The notes under the pieces are model-generated. The model was not told the origin of the DNA. It was given only the letters and a program-made list of their open reading frames with translations, and ran no database searches. A stretch of DNA of 64,000 nt from Camelus ferus. Its lineage: Eukaryota. Shown here piece after piece: positions 1-11,839 of the stretch; the first letter of the stretch is position 1; each line of letters begins with the position of its first letter. The translations under genes were made by a program, and so were the position numbers. The stretch covers positions 91,452,001 to 91,516,000 of the forward strand of contig NC_045696.1 of the NCBI RefSeq assembly GCF_009834535.1, given 5' to 3'.

Positions 1-156
1 TATGTTTTATCAAAGCTGTTAACAGCACCAATTTTGAGTTTGATACCCTAGAGGAAGTAACTTTTGTCCCAGTGTTGTTACTCTTTCTTTTTCTTGTCAG
101 TAAATGGTAGCTCAACTTCTTTACCTGCCTCAGCCTTCCCTTTGTTTGTATTGTAG

Positions 157-554
157 GTCAAAGAGTTTGGCTTTGCACACTGTGCTAACGAGTGCCTTGA
201 GTTCAGAGGATAGGGATGCTGTCGAGAGCGGAGATACTCCAGCCAGCCTCTCTCTTTCAGAAATAGACCCACTTGGCCTAGGAAATGCCAGGTCACCCTT
301 TAAGGCAGACACTGATGGATTACAGCTGGTAAATTCTTCAGTTTCACACCCAAGTGTTACACATTTAGAATCTGAGACTTTGCCAGGAACAGTTAAAGAA
401 AACTATCAGGAAGAAACTCCAGGGACAACCGCAAGTCCTGTGGAATACCATGATAAGCTCTACTTGCACTTAAAGGAAAACCTCAGCAAAGTGAAAGCGT
501 ATGCTGTGGAAATTGGAAAGAAGATTCCAGTCCCGGACCAGTGCACCATTGAAG
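157..554 (+). CDS. VEPH1: VEPH1 internal coding exon (about exon 9, 398 nt, phase 2 to 1): (R)SKSLALHTVL...KLYLHLKENLSKVKAYAVEIGKKIPVPDQCTIE(D)
   Basis: Acceptor tttgtattgtag|G at 156/157 and donor GAAG|gtaagt at 554/555. The C-terminal part matches recalled human VEPH1 DKLYLHLKKNLSKVKAYAMEIGKKIPVPDQCTIE. Confidence 0.97.
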
Positions 555-949
555 GTAAGTGACCTGAACTCCCCAAACTTTAGAAATGTTAGACATCGCT
601 GGGGGGAAAAAAGTCAAATAGTATAAATTGCCATATGCTTCTGGATCTTTTGCAAAATAGATAATTCGAAAACACCCTTACATTATTTTAATCGCTTTTT
701 TCCCTATTAAGTTCAATCATGTTTTTGATTCCTACTTGAATCTGCTTAAGTCCACCAACACTGATTTTTTTCCAAACCTCAAATTGTATTATTTCTGGTT
801 TCCCATCCCTAATGTTCAGGAAAATTCAGGAAAGAGATCTGTGGCCCCCAAAACAGGCTCTGGGATAGGTGTGCAGCCAGAGGCATTTTCTACCCACATA
901 ATCATGCAAGGAAGCTATAGGCATCATTGAACTTCAAGAGATTTTCCTT

Positions 950-1090
950 CTGTTCGTTCAACAAACGCTTGCGAAGCAGCTACTGTGCACCAGACACTGT
1001 GTTAAAGGTTCAGCTTTGTGTGGGATTCAGCTATGAACCAAACAAACACAGGCCCTGACCTCTTGGAGGTTATTAGACTATAGAAAGAAA
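950..1090 (-). mobile_element. L2 LINE 3'-end fragment
   Basis: ttcgttcaacaaac...ctactgtgcaccagacactgtg...atgaaccaaacaaacacaggccctgacctc resembles the reverse complement of the L2 3' end. Confidence 0.7.
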
Positions 1091-1183
1091 AGATTGAAAC
1101 CATAGTCAGGAGGTGATGTAGGTCAGGAGCCAGTGAGAGTATGAGCTGGTCAGAAAACGAAGGACAAATTAAGAAAAGATAGT

Positions 1184-1449
1184 CAGGGCTGGAACTTCCC
1201 TGAGGTGCACAATTTTAAATTGTGCCCAAAAAGCTCAGTAAAATTTTAAGTAAAATCAGAATTAGTAGCAATTTCTTGCCAAGTCATGTTGGAGTTGAGG
1301 CAAAAGGCTTAAGTAGTAATATTGATCATGTCTTCATTTACAAATTTGATATTTTGTTTATCATGGACTTTTGTATTAATTTTGATTTTTAAAAATATTA
1401 TTTATCTTGACTACTAAATTTTCCGATGCTCCCTTAAGTCCTGGCCCTG
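1184..1449. mobile_element. hAT-type non-autonomous DNA transposon (MER96B-like)
   Basis: Imperfect terminal inverted repeats CAGGGCTGGAACT / AGTCCTGGCCCTG. The internal tgaggcaaaagg...atattttg...atcatgga...attaattttgattttt matches recalled MER96B. Confidence 0.7.
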
Positions 1450-3099
1450 GAAAAGTTGATGGGCTGAGACACAGGTAATAAAACAGCAGAGCACCCAGGG
1501 CAAGCTTACCCTTCTGGTAGTGGGTTGTACGGGTTTGGATGGCAGAAGGCACCGCTGGGCTCATTAGATCTTCCCTACGATCTCTCTTAAGCAGCAGCCT
1601 TGTTTTTCCCTTGAGATTTAGATGAGGGTCCTTGCCTACTCATAGGACATGACATCTTTTCACAGGCTACAGCCTCATAGAAAGAGCCAGACGGCTCATT
1701 GTCCGAAAAGAAACACAGCTGAAGGTTATCGAATCTAATTCGTATCTGCCCACCCACTGACTGTCATCCCCCTTCACGTTCAGGTGCTACGAGGGTTCTT
1801 CCGTGCTCTACTTTCTATTCCCTTCTCCTGTTCCAAATCAGAGGCAAGAATGCATTCTCATTGCCAAAGAGGGGGTGGTGGTGGTTCAAGCATTTGGTAA
1901 TGACCAAATTGTTATTTAGCATGTCTGTATAGAATCTGACATTTTCAAAGGTGTTTACATTAATTTATTGATTAGCCTTCTTTTTTAAAATGGTAACAAT
2001 GAAAGTGATATTGCTCATATTCAAAATAAGTTTATAATTAAGTATACCAGGACTTAAGAACTGCTAAAATCAATAAAACTCAACACAAACTCTTTACAGT
2101 TGCTCCTTTCACTAATAATCCAGGTATTTAATGCACATGTTGGAGAATTTAACATAGGAGAGGTTAATTGAATTCCCAGTTTGATAGAAGAAGTCTGTAG
2201 CAAATACAAAATTAGACACATTTTCATCTACTAGAATAGTTTCTTTTTTTTGAAGTTTGGTTTAAAGCATTAAAGATGTGTTATATGGTGAGTTTTAATC
2301 TTGTGAAAATGTGAAGCCTGGCAGAGTTACTTTAAGCATATAGTTGTCCAAAACATATTTCTAATTGCCTTGAATTATTTTGGGAGTTACAGAGTTAACT
2401 AGGTGACTTCAGTTTTTATTCCAAAATATTGAATGAATCCATCATCTTTACTTAAAAAAAAAACAAACAAACACATTTTTCTTTTGGTGTGTCCTACCAA
2501 GAATGACCTTGAACTGAGAATGTATATTCTTTTAAGTTGACATTTTGGATTAATTCATACTTTTGTAATTTCCTGGAAGTTCCTGGGAAATTCTTTGCAC
2601 CGAGATACGTGTGAGGGTTTGAAGACTTATATGACTCACTGTAAGTACATCCACCAAGAAGGGACTCATGCTGACTGCAGGGGACACGTTGTTATTATTT
2701 CAGAGATTGTGTAAACCACTCAGCAAAATGCCAGCAGTCATCTGGCCAACACAATTTTGCTTGTTGTCATGAGATCACTTGGCTTAACAACGTTGTGTTT
2801 CTTTCCTTAAAAATGTATTGAAGAAAGATTGAGGCTTAGAATTTGTGTTCTGTTTAACGTGTTGTTGGTATAAAAGAGGCATATTTGGTCTTTCTGGCTA
2901 TATTATGCAAAGTAATCAAGAAACAAAGAGAAGAAGCATAAAAACCACTTCCACAACATTGAAGTTAAAAAGACAAAAAAAGCCAGCAGGAAATAAGAAC
3001 AAGAACAGCAATAAAGTATTAAGAATGATTTTAGACTGATGTTACAAAGCCCATGCTAAAAGGACAAGACAAAACAATCCTTTAAGAAAGTTCTTTTTG

Positions 3100-3187
3100 T
3101 ATTTGTTTGAATCATATGAAAAAACTGCTGTTTGACTTTCTTACTTTGAGTGATAAAAACACCACTTTCATATGGTTCAACCTAATA
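3100..3187. mobile_element. MADE2-like mariner MITE
   Basis: Inverted termini TATTTGTTTGAATCATATGAAA ... TTTCATATGGTTCAACCTAATA, ending in TA. Confidence 0.8.
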
Positions 3188-6100
3188 CTTTAGTAATAAA
3201 ATATGTTGAAAGAACAGGAGCCTCACTAGTCATTGTACAGCAGAATTCAGCATGTGGTGAATCAGGGTCATCACCAGTAGCATTCTTATCCCCAGTCAGC
3301 CGTCTTATTATTGTGTGATATTGATCACAGTGGGGAGAGGTAATGGGGTATAAACAGATCAGCACAAATCTATCATCATGTCTGGAAAAACTGTCAAACC
3401 CCAGGTCTCATTGAAGCTGGGTCAGCAGTTCATTTTGGGTGTGAAAGAGCCTGTTATTCCCAAGTCAGTAATTCTCTCCTGGGCTTCCTAGGCCTCTGGC
3501 ATGGCTGCAGGTTTGCCAGCCGCTGAAAGTTATGTATTTGTATGCAGAATGATAGTCTAATATCACTGCCTCATTTTATTTATATACGAGGCTGAAGGAA
3601 TTTAGTTCATTTGCCAAGGGGAATTTGAAAAATCGGAATCACTGGTATTCATTTATATGAACAAAAATGATTTAGAGGTTTAAAAAAACACACATGATAT
3701 TGAAATAAATCCTTGAAAATCTGGCCCATCACTGGAGTTCTATAAAGGATGATATAAAAGCTTACAAGAACCCATCAATGCTGCCTTGGCTCACTTTGAA
3801 GTATTTCCTGATTGGGCGAAAATACAGCCCATCTGTAGAACATATCAGCAGGGCTGACTTGCAGAAAGCTAATTTTAAAGCTGGTAATGTAGTCCATTCT
3901 CTAATAGACCCACATGAGTTGATTTTATTGACTTGAACAGATAAAAGAATATACAGAAATAAAATAAAACTCATTGTAAATATCAAGAAGCAGGTGCTAT
4001 TTTCACAGTTGAATTACAGAAAATAGATTGGTTTAATCTCATAGTTAGGATCATTTATCCACAGGGACAGTTGTAAGATTTGCAGGCAGAGTCCTAAATT
4101 TTTTCCATTGAATTTGAGAGGGAAAAACAATAAATAGGAACATGTTACAAATTCCCTGGAGCCTCATTTCATTGAGGCCATTGGGCCCCTATTTGAAGAA
4201 TGCTCTTTAGGGAAAAAAATTTCTAGAGAATTTTTCTTGGTGCTTTGGAATTCATCTTTGATTACCTCCTCACCAGTTTCCATTTCTCCAAAAAGTAGAT
4301 TTTAATCAAAAGACAGATATAGTGGTGGTTGAGTTCTCACTTCCACTTTCTCCTGACACACATCTCCTGGCTCCTGGCATCTGCAATGGCCCATGAGAAA
4401 CATTCAAAAACATGGCTAAAGGAAGATCTACAAATCCTTTAGAAGAGACCCCCTCTGAACTCCTCTACTGAGTTAACATCAGATCACTGCCCTTGTTCGT
4501 CCCCAGCCAAATGTAGCCGCAAGGTCCAGGCAGGTACGACATCACTGGTAGGGATGTTACGCACTTAAATCCACAATTTAACTTGTTGCAAAGTTCCACT
4601 GGAAAACATCAGATAACTTAAATGAAACTTAATTTCTCATTAATTATATTTTCAAAAGTTCTTCTTTCTTAATTTTTTTTTTAATTTTCTTTGAATAGTC
4701 AAATAAATGACTAACAAAAAATGCCCTAACAATGCTACTGGACAAAGGGGTGTGCTGCTTATCTGCATCTTGGTTTACGTGATATTTATCCATGGGTGAG
4801 GTGTATATTCATCCAGCTAGGAAACAATGCAAAGTCAAATTGGTAAGCACATGTACACTCAGGCCATTTTGTATAGAAATTCAAGAGACCTTATCTGCCT
4901 GCAAATGAAATGAGTCAACTGAACCCTTGAAATGATTAGTTCCTCTAATACAGTGTCCACCATGGGCGTGTGTCAGATTAAAAGGGACTCTGCTAATAAA
5001 TAAACATAAGCAAAAGTAAGTACTTAAATTGAGCAAAAAATGCATAGATGTGCATTTCAGTATGTCTCACCCTTAAAGTAGCCACATTAAAAGAAAGAGG
5101 AGAAAGAAAAGGAGGAGGTAGCTTAGGACCAGAAGTAGTCGGCTATGGCTTATTTCATATTCTTAAATATGTTCTTCTAAATGTATTATTTGTAAAATAG
5201 GTTATATGGCATTATGCTCTTATATCTGTAGTGAGTATTTTAATCCTTTTTAAGGAAGCTCATACTTGGAGATTATTATCAATCATCTATTATTGTTGTT
5301 TGGGGACTATCTTTATTCCAAAGCATACAGTGCTGAATGAAATGGTCCTGAGCCACTGATGGTCCCCAGCAGAAGAGTACATTCCCATCTAATTTTCCAC
5401 AAACCAAATTTCAGGAAAGTGAATGTTATTTTTTTTATTCACTTTCATTATGCAACTGGCAGTATATGCCCTGTAGGGAAACAAAATGGTCCCTGGATAT
5501 CATCAAATCTCATTTTAAAACCTAGCAAATCTGTATTTCTGAGCTCTGTTGGTGATGAAGAGCTGGTAGCTGGGAAACTGAAAAGAGATTATATGGCTGG
5601 TTAAAGAGTTTTGATATGGCGGAGGAAGGGAGGGGTGGAGATAACTTCTTATTTGCTCCACAATAACCATCAAACTTCAGATAATGGAGAATTTTTAAAT
5701 GTTTTTCCAAAAACATAGGCAATCGTAGAGTAGACAGTCAGGAGTTCAGGTATTTGATAGTTTGGCAGAAATTTCTTCATGTTACTGTCCATTTCCATAG
5801 AGGTGCATGTTTACAAAGAGCAGATGAGACTGTCTAAAGCAGACAGAGCCTCATGTCACAGGTTGTCAGGCCCTCTTAGGGTCAGTGAAAAAGAGCCAAC
5901 GACACCAAGTCCCTGAGTTTCCTCTGTTAACATTTTTGCCATGTCCTTATTAGAGATCAGTAAGAAATTATAAAAAGTAATTTTTTTCTTTTCTTAAATG
6001 AAAGATTCAGTGGATTTTTAAAAATAAATCATTTTATGGAAAATAATTGTTTTTTGGATGAAATGTTCACATCAGTTGTCCAACAGCCATTAAAATATTA

Positions 6101-6199
6101 TGTCATTATTAAAATAAGCCACACATGTAGGAGATGTAACGCCATTGCAGGAACTCTGAGTATGATTCTGTTTCTCACATCAAACTCCCTAACTTCTAA

Positions 6200-6393
6200 G
6201 TAGCCTTTTCAGATTGGCTTCTTTCACTTAGTAATATGCATTTAAGCTTCCCTTGTGTCTTTTCCTGGCTTGATAGCTCATTTCTTTTTAGCACTGAATA
6301 ATAGTCCATTGTTTGGATGTATCTACATTGTAGTATTATATACAGAATAGTTTTTACTTAACTAAAAATTCTCTGTGCTCTGCCTATTAATCC
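6200..6393 (-). mobile_element. L1MC-type 3' UTR fragments
   Basis: gccttttcagattggcttctttcacttagtaatatgcatttaag and cattgtagtattatatacagaatagttt...ctctgtgctc are L1MC hallmarks. Confidence 0.75.
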
Positions 6394-6399
6394 TGACTA

Positions 6400-6630
6400 T
6401 TCATCCTTCATGGATCCACTAATTCTACAAATATTTCTAAATGCCTACCACATGCCAGCATCATTCTAGGAACTGAGAAACATCAGTGAACAAAACAGGC
6501 AAATATCCTTGTCTTTACAGAGACTGTTCTAGTAGGAAAAGACATACAATAAATAATAGAAGTGATAAATAAAGTAGGTGGGGTGTTGGAAAGTGTGAAG
6601 TGCTATGATAGAAGTAGAAACAGAGCTGGC
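6400..6630 (-). mobile_element. L2 fragment
   Basis: caaatatttctaaatgcctaccacatgccagc...tagg...cagtgaacaaaacaggcaaa matches the reversed L2 3' end. Confidence 0.7.
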
Positions 6631-8108
6631 TAAGAAGAACCAGGACAAAGAAGAGGATTTACATTATATGTGTGTGTATATATATGGAGTAGGATAGTTC
6701 TAGAAGATCGCACATCACACTATCACCACTCGTTTTCTCTGAAGATTCAGATTGGAGATGAGAGTGGAGGAAAAAAGGAGAGGAGAGAAGAAATGTGCAC
6801 ATTTTAAAGTATACATTTCTTCAAGGTTTGAAATTCTATAGCAATTTTATAACAACAATTTTGTAACTGCCTTCAGTAATAAAGAGAGATGCTGGTAACT
6901 TGGACCCGGGTGATAACTCCAGACTCCCCAGAATCCTGTCTAACCAGAGTCTGTAGACTTTCCTGTTGTCCCAACTCTGCTCTTGGAATTGGCAGCTCCA
7001 ATTCCTCAAACAGGTTGCTTCATCTCCTGTGTCACCAGTTCCTCACCCTAATCCCAAGAATATATCACAGGTCATGGGTTTTCAACATGTGCTCCCTAAA
7101 GACCATCAGGGCCCCCTTTTCAGAGGGCCCCAGGTCCCCCTCTTTCCTTCTTTCCCTGCAAACAAAGCAGCTCTGATGTAGCTGAAGTTACATACTGGCC
7201 TTCCTGAAAGGTGTTTAAACCAGGAATTCCACAGCTTAAAGAAACTTGAAAAGCACTCAGCTGCATCATTTTTAAGGTTGTTTTTTAAAAGTCCTTTATG
7301 CTCTAAATAATTCTGTGTCTTTAGTCAGAGTTGGCAAAATATAAAACATTCGTTATTTGCCCAAGTTTTTAATCAGCCTCAACTTTATTGTTAATTTTAT
7401 ATTTCTGATGTAAAGTTAAAAAAAATGCTTTTCTTTTATACTAATTTTCTGTCCTTTGTCCAGATATCTGTATCTGCCAATTTACAATAGTTTGTTGGAA
7501 GAAGATAGGTGAGATTGTTCAATACTTTTGAGGCTTGTCTGACTATCTGCCCAGATTTATTAATATCTATCAAACAGCAAATAAGCAATCATGATCAGCA
7601 AATTTCTGCATTGTGCCTGTCCTAGCTGGTTTATTTCTATCCAAATTGTTTGGTTTACCTTACTTAAAAGAAACCAATCTTATTTCAAATTGTATATAAA
7701 GGAGCCTTCAAAAATATATAATAAAATAAAAAGAGATAGTTTGCTCAATGTGAGGGGAACAAAACAAACATAGAGAAATAAAATAAATCCAATAATTAAG
7801 TTATTTTTCAGAAATATATCCCTGGAAATTTTCACAATTGCTAAATGTGGTTTACAAATTTACTTCTGAGCATTCTAGTGGCCATAGTAAGGAGGGAAAT
7901 AAAATCAGTTAAAACTCTAAAGTGTCCTAAAAAATAAAATAAAATAAAGTAAAGAAAAATCTAAAATATCCATAAATAAAAGTATGATCATTACTCAGGG
8001 GGGAAGAAATGGAAAGTTGTTTATTTATTTGATTGATAAGGCTGTGCTCACCAACAAAGGTATTTACATTATGCAACAAACATTTAACCACTAAACATAA
8101 CAATAGAG

Positions 8109-8333
8109 CAGTAGTTCTCAACTGGAGGCAGTTTTGTTGCCAAGTTGGGGACGTTTGATAAGGTGTGAAGGCATTTTTGATTGTCACAGCCTGGGGAGGG
8201 GATGGGAGTGCCACTGTCTTCTAGTGGGTAGAGGCCAGGAATGCTGCTAAGCATCCTGCAATGAACATGACAGCCCCCAACTAAAACAATGAATAGTCCA
8301 ACCCAAAATATCAGTAGTGGCTCAGAAACCCTG
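8109..8333 (+). mobile_element. MER20 (hAT-Charlie), near full length
   Basis: cagtagttctcaac...ctagtgggtagaggccaggaatgctgctaagcatcctgcaatg...gaaaccctg, with an 8-bp TSD caatagag / caagagag (7/8). Confidence 0.9.
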
Positions 8334-8341
8334 CAAGAGAG

Positions 8342-8506
8342 CCTTTCTTCTCTAAGTGTGGTCTGTGGACCAGCAACATTGACATCACCTGGGGACTTGT
8401 TAAAATTCAGATTCTCAGGCCCATCCTCGACCAACTGAATCAGCATTTACAATTTAACAAGATCTCTTGTGTAATTCATATGCACATTAAAGTTTGAGAA
8501 GCACTA
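8342..8506 (-). mobile_element. MER5A1-like (hAT-Charlie)
   Basis: aagtgtggtctgtggaccagc...catcacctggg...tgcacattaaagtttgagaagcact matches the MER5A1 reverse strand. Confidence 0.85.
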
Positions 8507-8610
8507 CTATTGTAGAAATGAAAAATTCCAGTGGGTCCTAGTAGTAGAGAAAATAGCTTTCTTCCTTATAGTGATTTAATTAATTACTCTTCATTTAATG
8601 CTTACCTCTT

Positions 8611-9222
8611 TTTTTTTTTTCTCTTTTTTCTTTTTAATTGAAGTATAGTCAGTTTATAGTGCTGTGTCAATTTCTGGTTTACAGCATAATGTTTCAGTCA
8701 TACATGTACATACATCTATTCCTTTTCATATTCATATTCTTTTTCATTATAGGTTACTACAAGATATTGAATATAGTTCCCTGTGCTATACAGAAGAAAC
8801 TTACCAATTTAAATATAGTAGTTAATATATGCAAATCTTGAACTCCCAATTTATCCCTTCCCACCCCATCCCCCCCGGTAACCATAAATTTGTTTTCTAT
8901 CTCTGTGAGTCTGTTTCTGTTTTATAAATAAGCTCATTTGTGTCATTTTTTTAGGTTCCATATATAAGGAATGTCATATGGTAATTTTCTTTCTCTTTCT
9001 GGCTGACTTCACTTAGTATGATGATTTCCAAGTCCATCCATGTTGCTGCAAATAGCATTATTTTATTCTTTTTTATGGCTGAGTAGTATTCCATTGTATA
9101 TATGGAACAACTTCTTTATCCAGTCATCTGTCAATGGACATTTTGGTTGTTTCCATGTCTTGGCTATTGTAAATAGTGCTGCTATGAACATTGGAGTGAG
9201 TGTATTTTTTTTTAATTAGAGC
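8611..9222 (-). mobile_element. Young 5'-truncated camelid-type L1 (3' end, about 610 bp)
   Basis: T-rich tail, then ttgaagtatagtcagttt...atttctgg...cagcat and the L1 3' UTR/ORF2 end. Perfect 17-bp TSD TTTAATGCTTACCTCTT at 8594-8610 and 9223-9239. Confidence 0.93.
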
Positions 9223-11839
9223 TTTAATGCTTACCTCTTAATTGAGAACATGAGTTTTCTCCTCAAGGACACTCAGGGATATGGGGCTCAGTCATCTGGA
9301 CTGTTTATGGCATTGAACCTGTGGTTCCAGTTGTCCTTTGATTCTTCTCACAGGCTGTAAGTTTTAGAAAGAATGAATAGGCTTGGAAGCCAGGAAACTA
9401 CTCCTTGTTATATGTTTGAATTTGTACGGTGTGACCTTCTGACTTTTGATGAACATGGCATTTAGTTCCTCATAGAAGATAGTTTTAATAACTTCAGAAT
9501 ACCTTGGGTATCAGAGGTCTTCCGTTATGCTTAATCAAGTTCTGTAAATGAATTAGAAACACATTGATTACATTTCCCTTAAAATATATGTAGATTTAAA
9601 ATTAAGCAAAAATGTACTGGAGGCAATGTATGCTTTCCTAAACCCAAAACATTGACAAATGGACTGAGACAAGTATCTGTATGTGAATTCACCTATCGCT
9701 GATATTTACAGATTAATCCAATTGGCATTCATTCCTTTTAATAGGAACTGATGGTCACTATACTTTGGACCAACTTTCTCTACTAAATCTACATCATTTT
9801 TTCTAAGTCCTTTTAAAAAGAACCTTGAAAATACTTAAATAAACACTAACTTTTCCAGTAAATGTAGATAGTTAAGACTATTCCCATATCCCCTATCATG
9901 TCTTTTGCTGAATTTTTATTTTACAGTCACACCAGTACTTAAAACACAGTTATACCCAAGGGTTTTATGTTTGTTTGATTGATTGTTTTTTACCAAAGCC
10001 TTTGAACTCTTATAAATAATGAAATCTACAATATCAAGACAAACACAGACATCCTTTATATTCTTACAATATTGATATTATATAGTCTCTTCATAATTCC
10101 AGTTTCAGATGTACATTGAATACTTAAGATGTTTGTTAATGTTTCCAGAAGTTTTGTCATGTTTAAATTTGCATCTCCTGGATTATTGTGGATTTTTTAA
10201 TTTATATGCAACAGCAAGAGGAATTATTCTGTCTTCTTAAAGTGATTCAGTAAGTATATAAATTAAGGTGTTTATTTGAGAATTTAAAGCACTAAAACAG
10301 GAAGCAATTTCCAAAGCAAAGAATAAAATGATAGCATGTTGCCATCCTTGGTTTGTTAAAGTGTTACCTGTGAATACCTTTAATGTAAATTACAGTGCCC
10401 TGATGGGTAATGGTACCCATCTAAGTTCAGCTTAGAAACTGGTTTTTCAAACTCTTGGAGCTTAAGAAATTCCAAATGCTTTTAGTCAAACATTGTTATT
10501 GTTAACTCCCAAACTCATGCACATTTTAAGAAAATGTAATCCATGTGTTTCAAATTCATTTTTGCTTTATCCATCAAGATATGGTTTGGGAAACTTTTCT
10601 GACCCATATGAAGTGTTTTACTCATAATAGAAATCTCATCAAGCTATGATGTTGCTTTGTTGATATTAGGAAAAGAAATGGAGCCAGATTGCTGAAATGA
10701 TGACCATACTGACTTTTGAAGAAAAAAATCTTTTCCTAGTTTTGATCACACTCTTTTTCTCCCATCTCAGTTACAGTTAAAAAAAAAAAAAAAAAAAGCA
10801 AGCAAACAAACAACAACAACAAAAACATAACTTGGCATGGAATCATTCAATCAGCTGGTTGTAGGCAAGCTTTATACAGAGAGATACGGATTGACCACTC
10901 CACTCAAACATGTTAGGCAAGGTTGGTCTTGGAACCACCCCTACGATAAGGTAACGATGGGGGTTAGGTACAATAAATCAAAGGGTCTGAGAAGAATACC
11001 CCTTCTCTTTCCAATCTGAAGTCTATACCACCAACATCACCACCTTCTTGCAGAGGTGGGGGGGTAACCTTAAGTAATTTGTATTAGCAGTACACTCCTT
11101 TGTATTCCCACCCTTTGTCTCTTTCCCACAGAGGGGCCCAACGGCCCCAGGCAGTTGAGGGTCTGGAGATGTAAGAACTTAAAGGAGCAAGGGTGAAAGT
11201 GGGGTGTGCCCAGTGAATGGACCAGTATCCCAAGAGCAGCTGGAGCCCTCATTTACCTTGTAACGCATGCTCACCCAGTGCAGGGCCCATGGCTTGACAG
11301 CACCAGCCCAGGAGGCCGGGCAAGGTTGACATGTTTGGTGGGCAGCTGACCAGGGAGAGATATCCATTGCAGCAATGCTTCCAGCCAGAGTTAGCCCTTG
11401 CAGCCAGCGTAGAACTTCCCACTTCACGGGTCACTGCCTTCATCAGTTAAATGACCTTCCCAAAATGCTTCTTTGTGCCCTGGAAAGGAAACTCCTAGAG
11501 CCTTTCTCTACCCTTGTGTGAGGTTCCCAGCTGGTCCAGCAAAAGTCTGGATCACCAGCTATGGTCTTCTCAGCCTGTGGTGAGAACAGGCCCAGGGTGG
11601 GACAGGATTAGCGCTTGAAGCCAGAAGAGATTCCGCAGGCCCTGGAGTAGGACCCAAGGTGCCATTTTTTAGGTTTCCAATAGCTTGGCTTTTAGGGGTC
11701 TGGCTTCAATAACACAGTTATCTAACATCATACACCTTGTGAGACACGTGCTGAGGGTGTCAGGGTTTGAAGTCCCAGAGACAGAGCTGAAGTGGAGTAT
11801 CCTAACCACAGCAACTAAGATGAAAAGCAGGCAACACCG

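Noticed and set aside
104..156. ATG-initiated N-terminal extension (MVAQLLYLPQPSLCLYC) of ORF 104-562
   Set aside because: This is intronic branch/pyrimidine sequence upstream of the acceptor at 156. The ORF is an internal exon, not a standalone gene.
1207..1225. Perfect 9-bp inverted repeat GCACAATTT-T-AAATTGTGC
   Set aside because: It lies inside the MER96B-like element and is too short to indicate a structured RNA.
10779..10826. A19 run followed by (CAAA)/(CAA) repeats
   Set aside because: No recognisable retrocopy body or TSD upstream, so treated as a simple repeat and an internal-priming hazard.
10840..11660. GC-richer patch with several overlapping short ORFs, possibly an old LTR or enhancer
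   Set aside because: No family hallmark, termini or protein similarity that I can support by eye. Needs a Dfam search.
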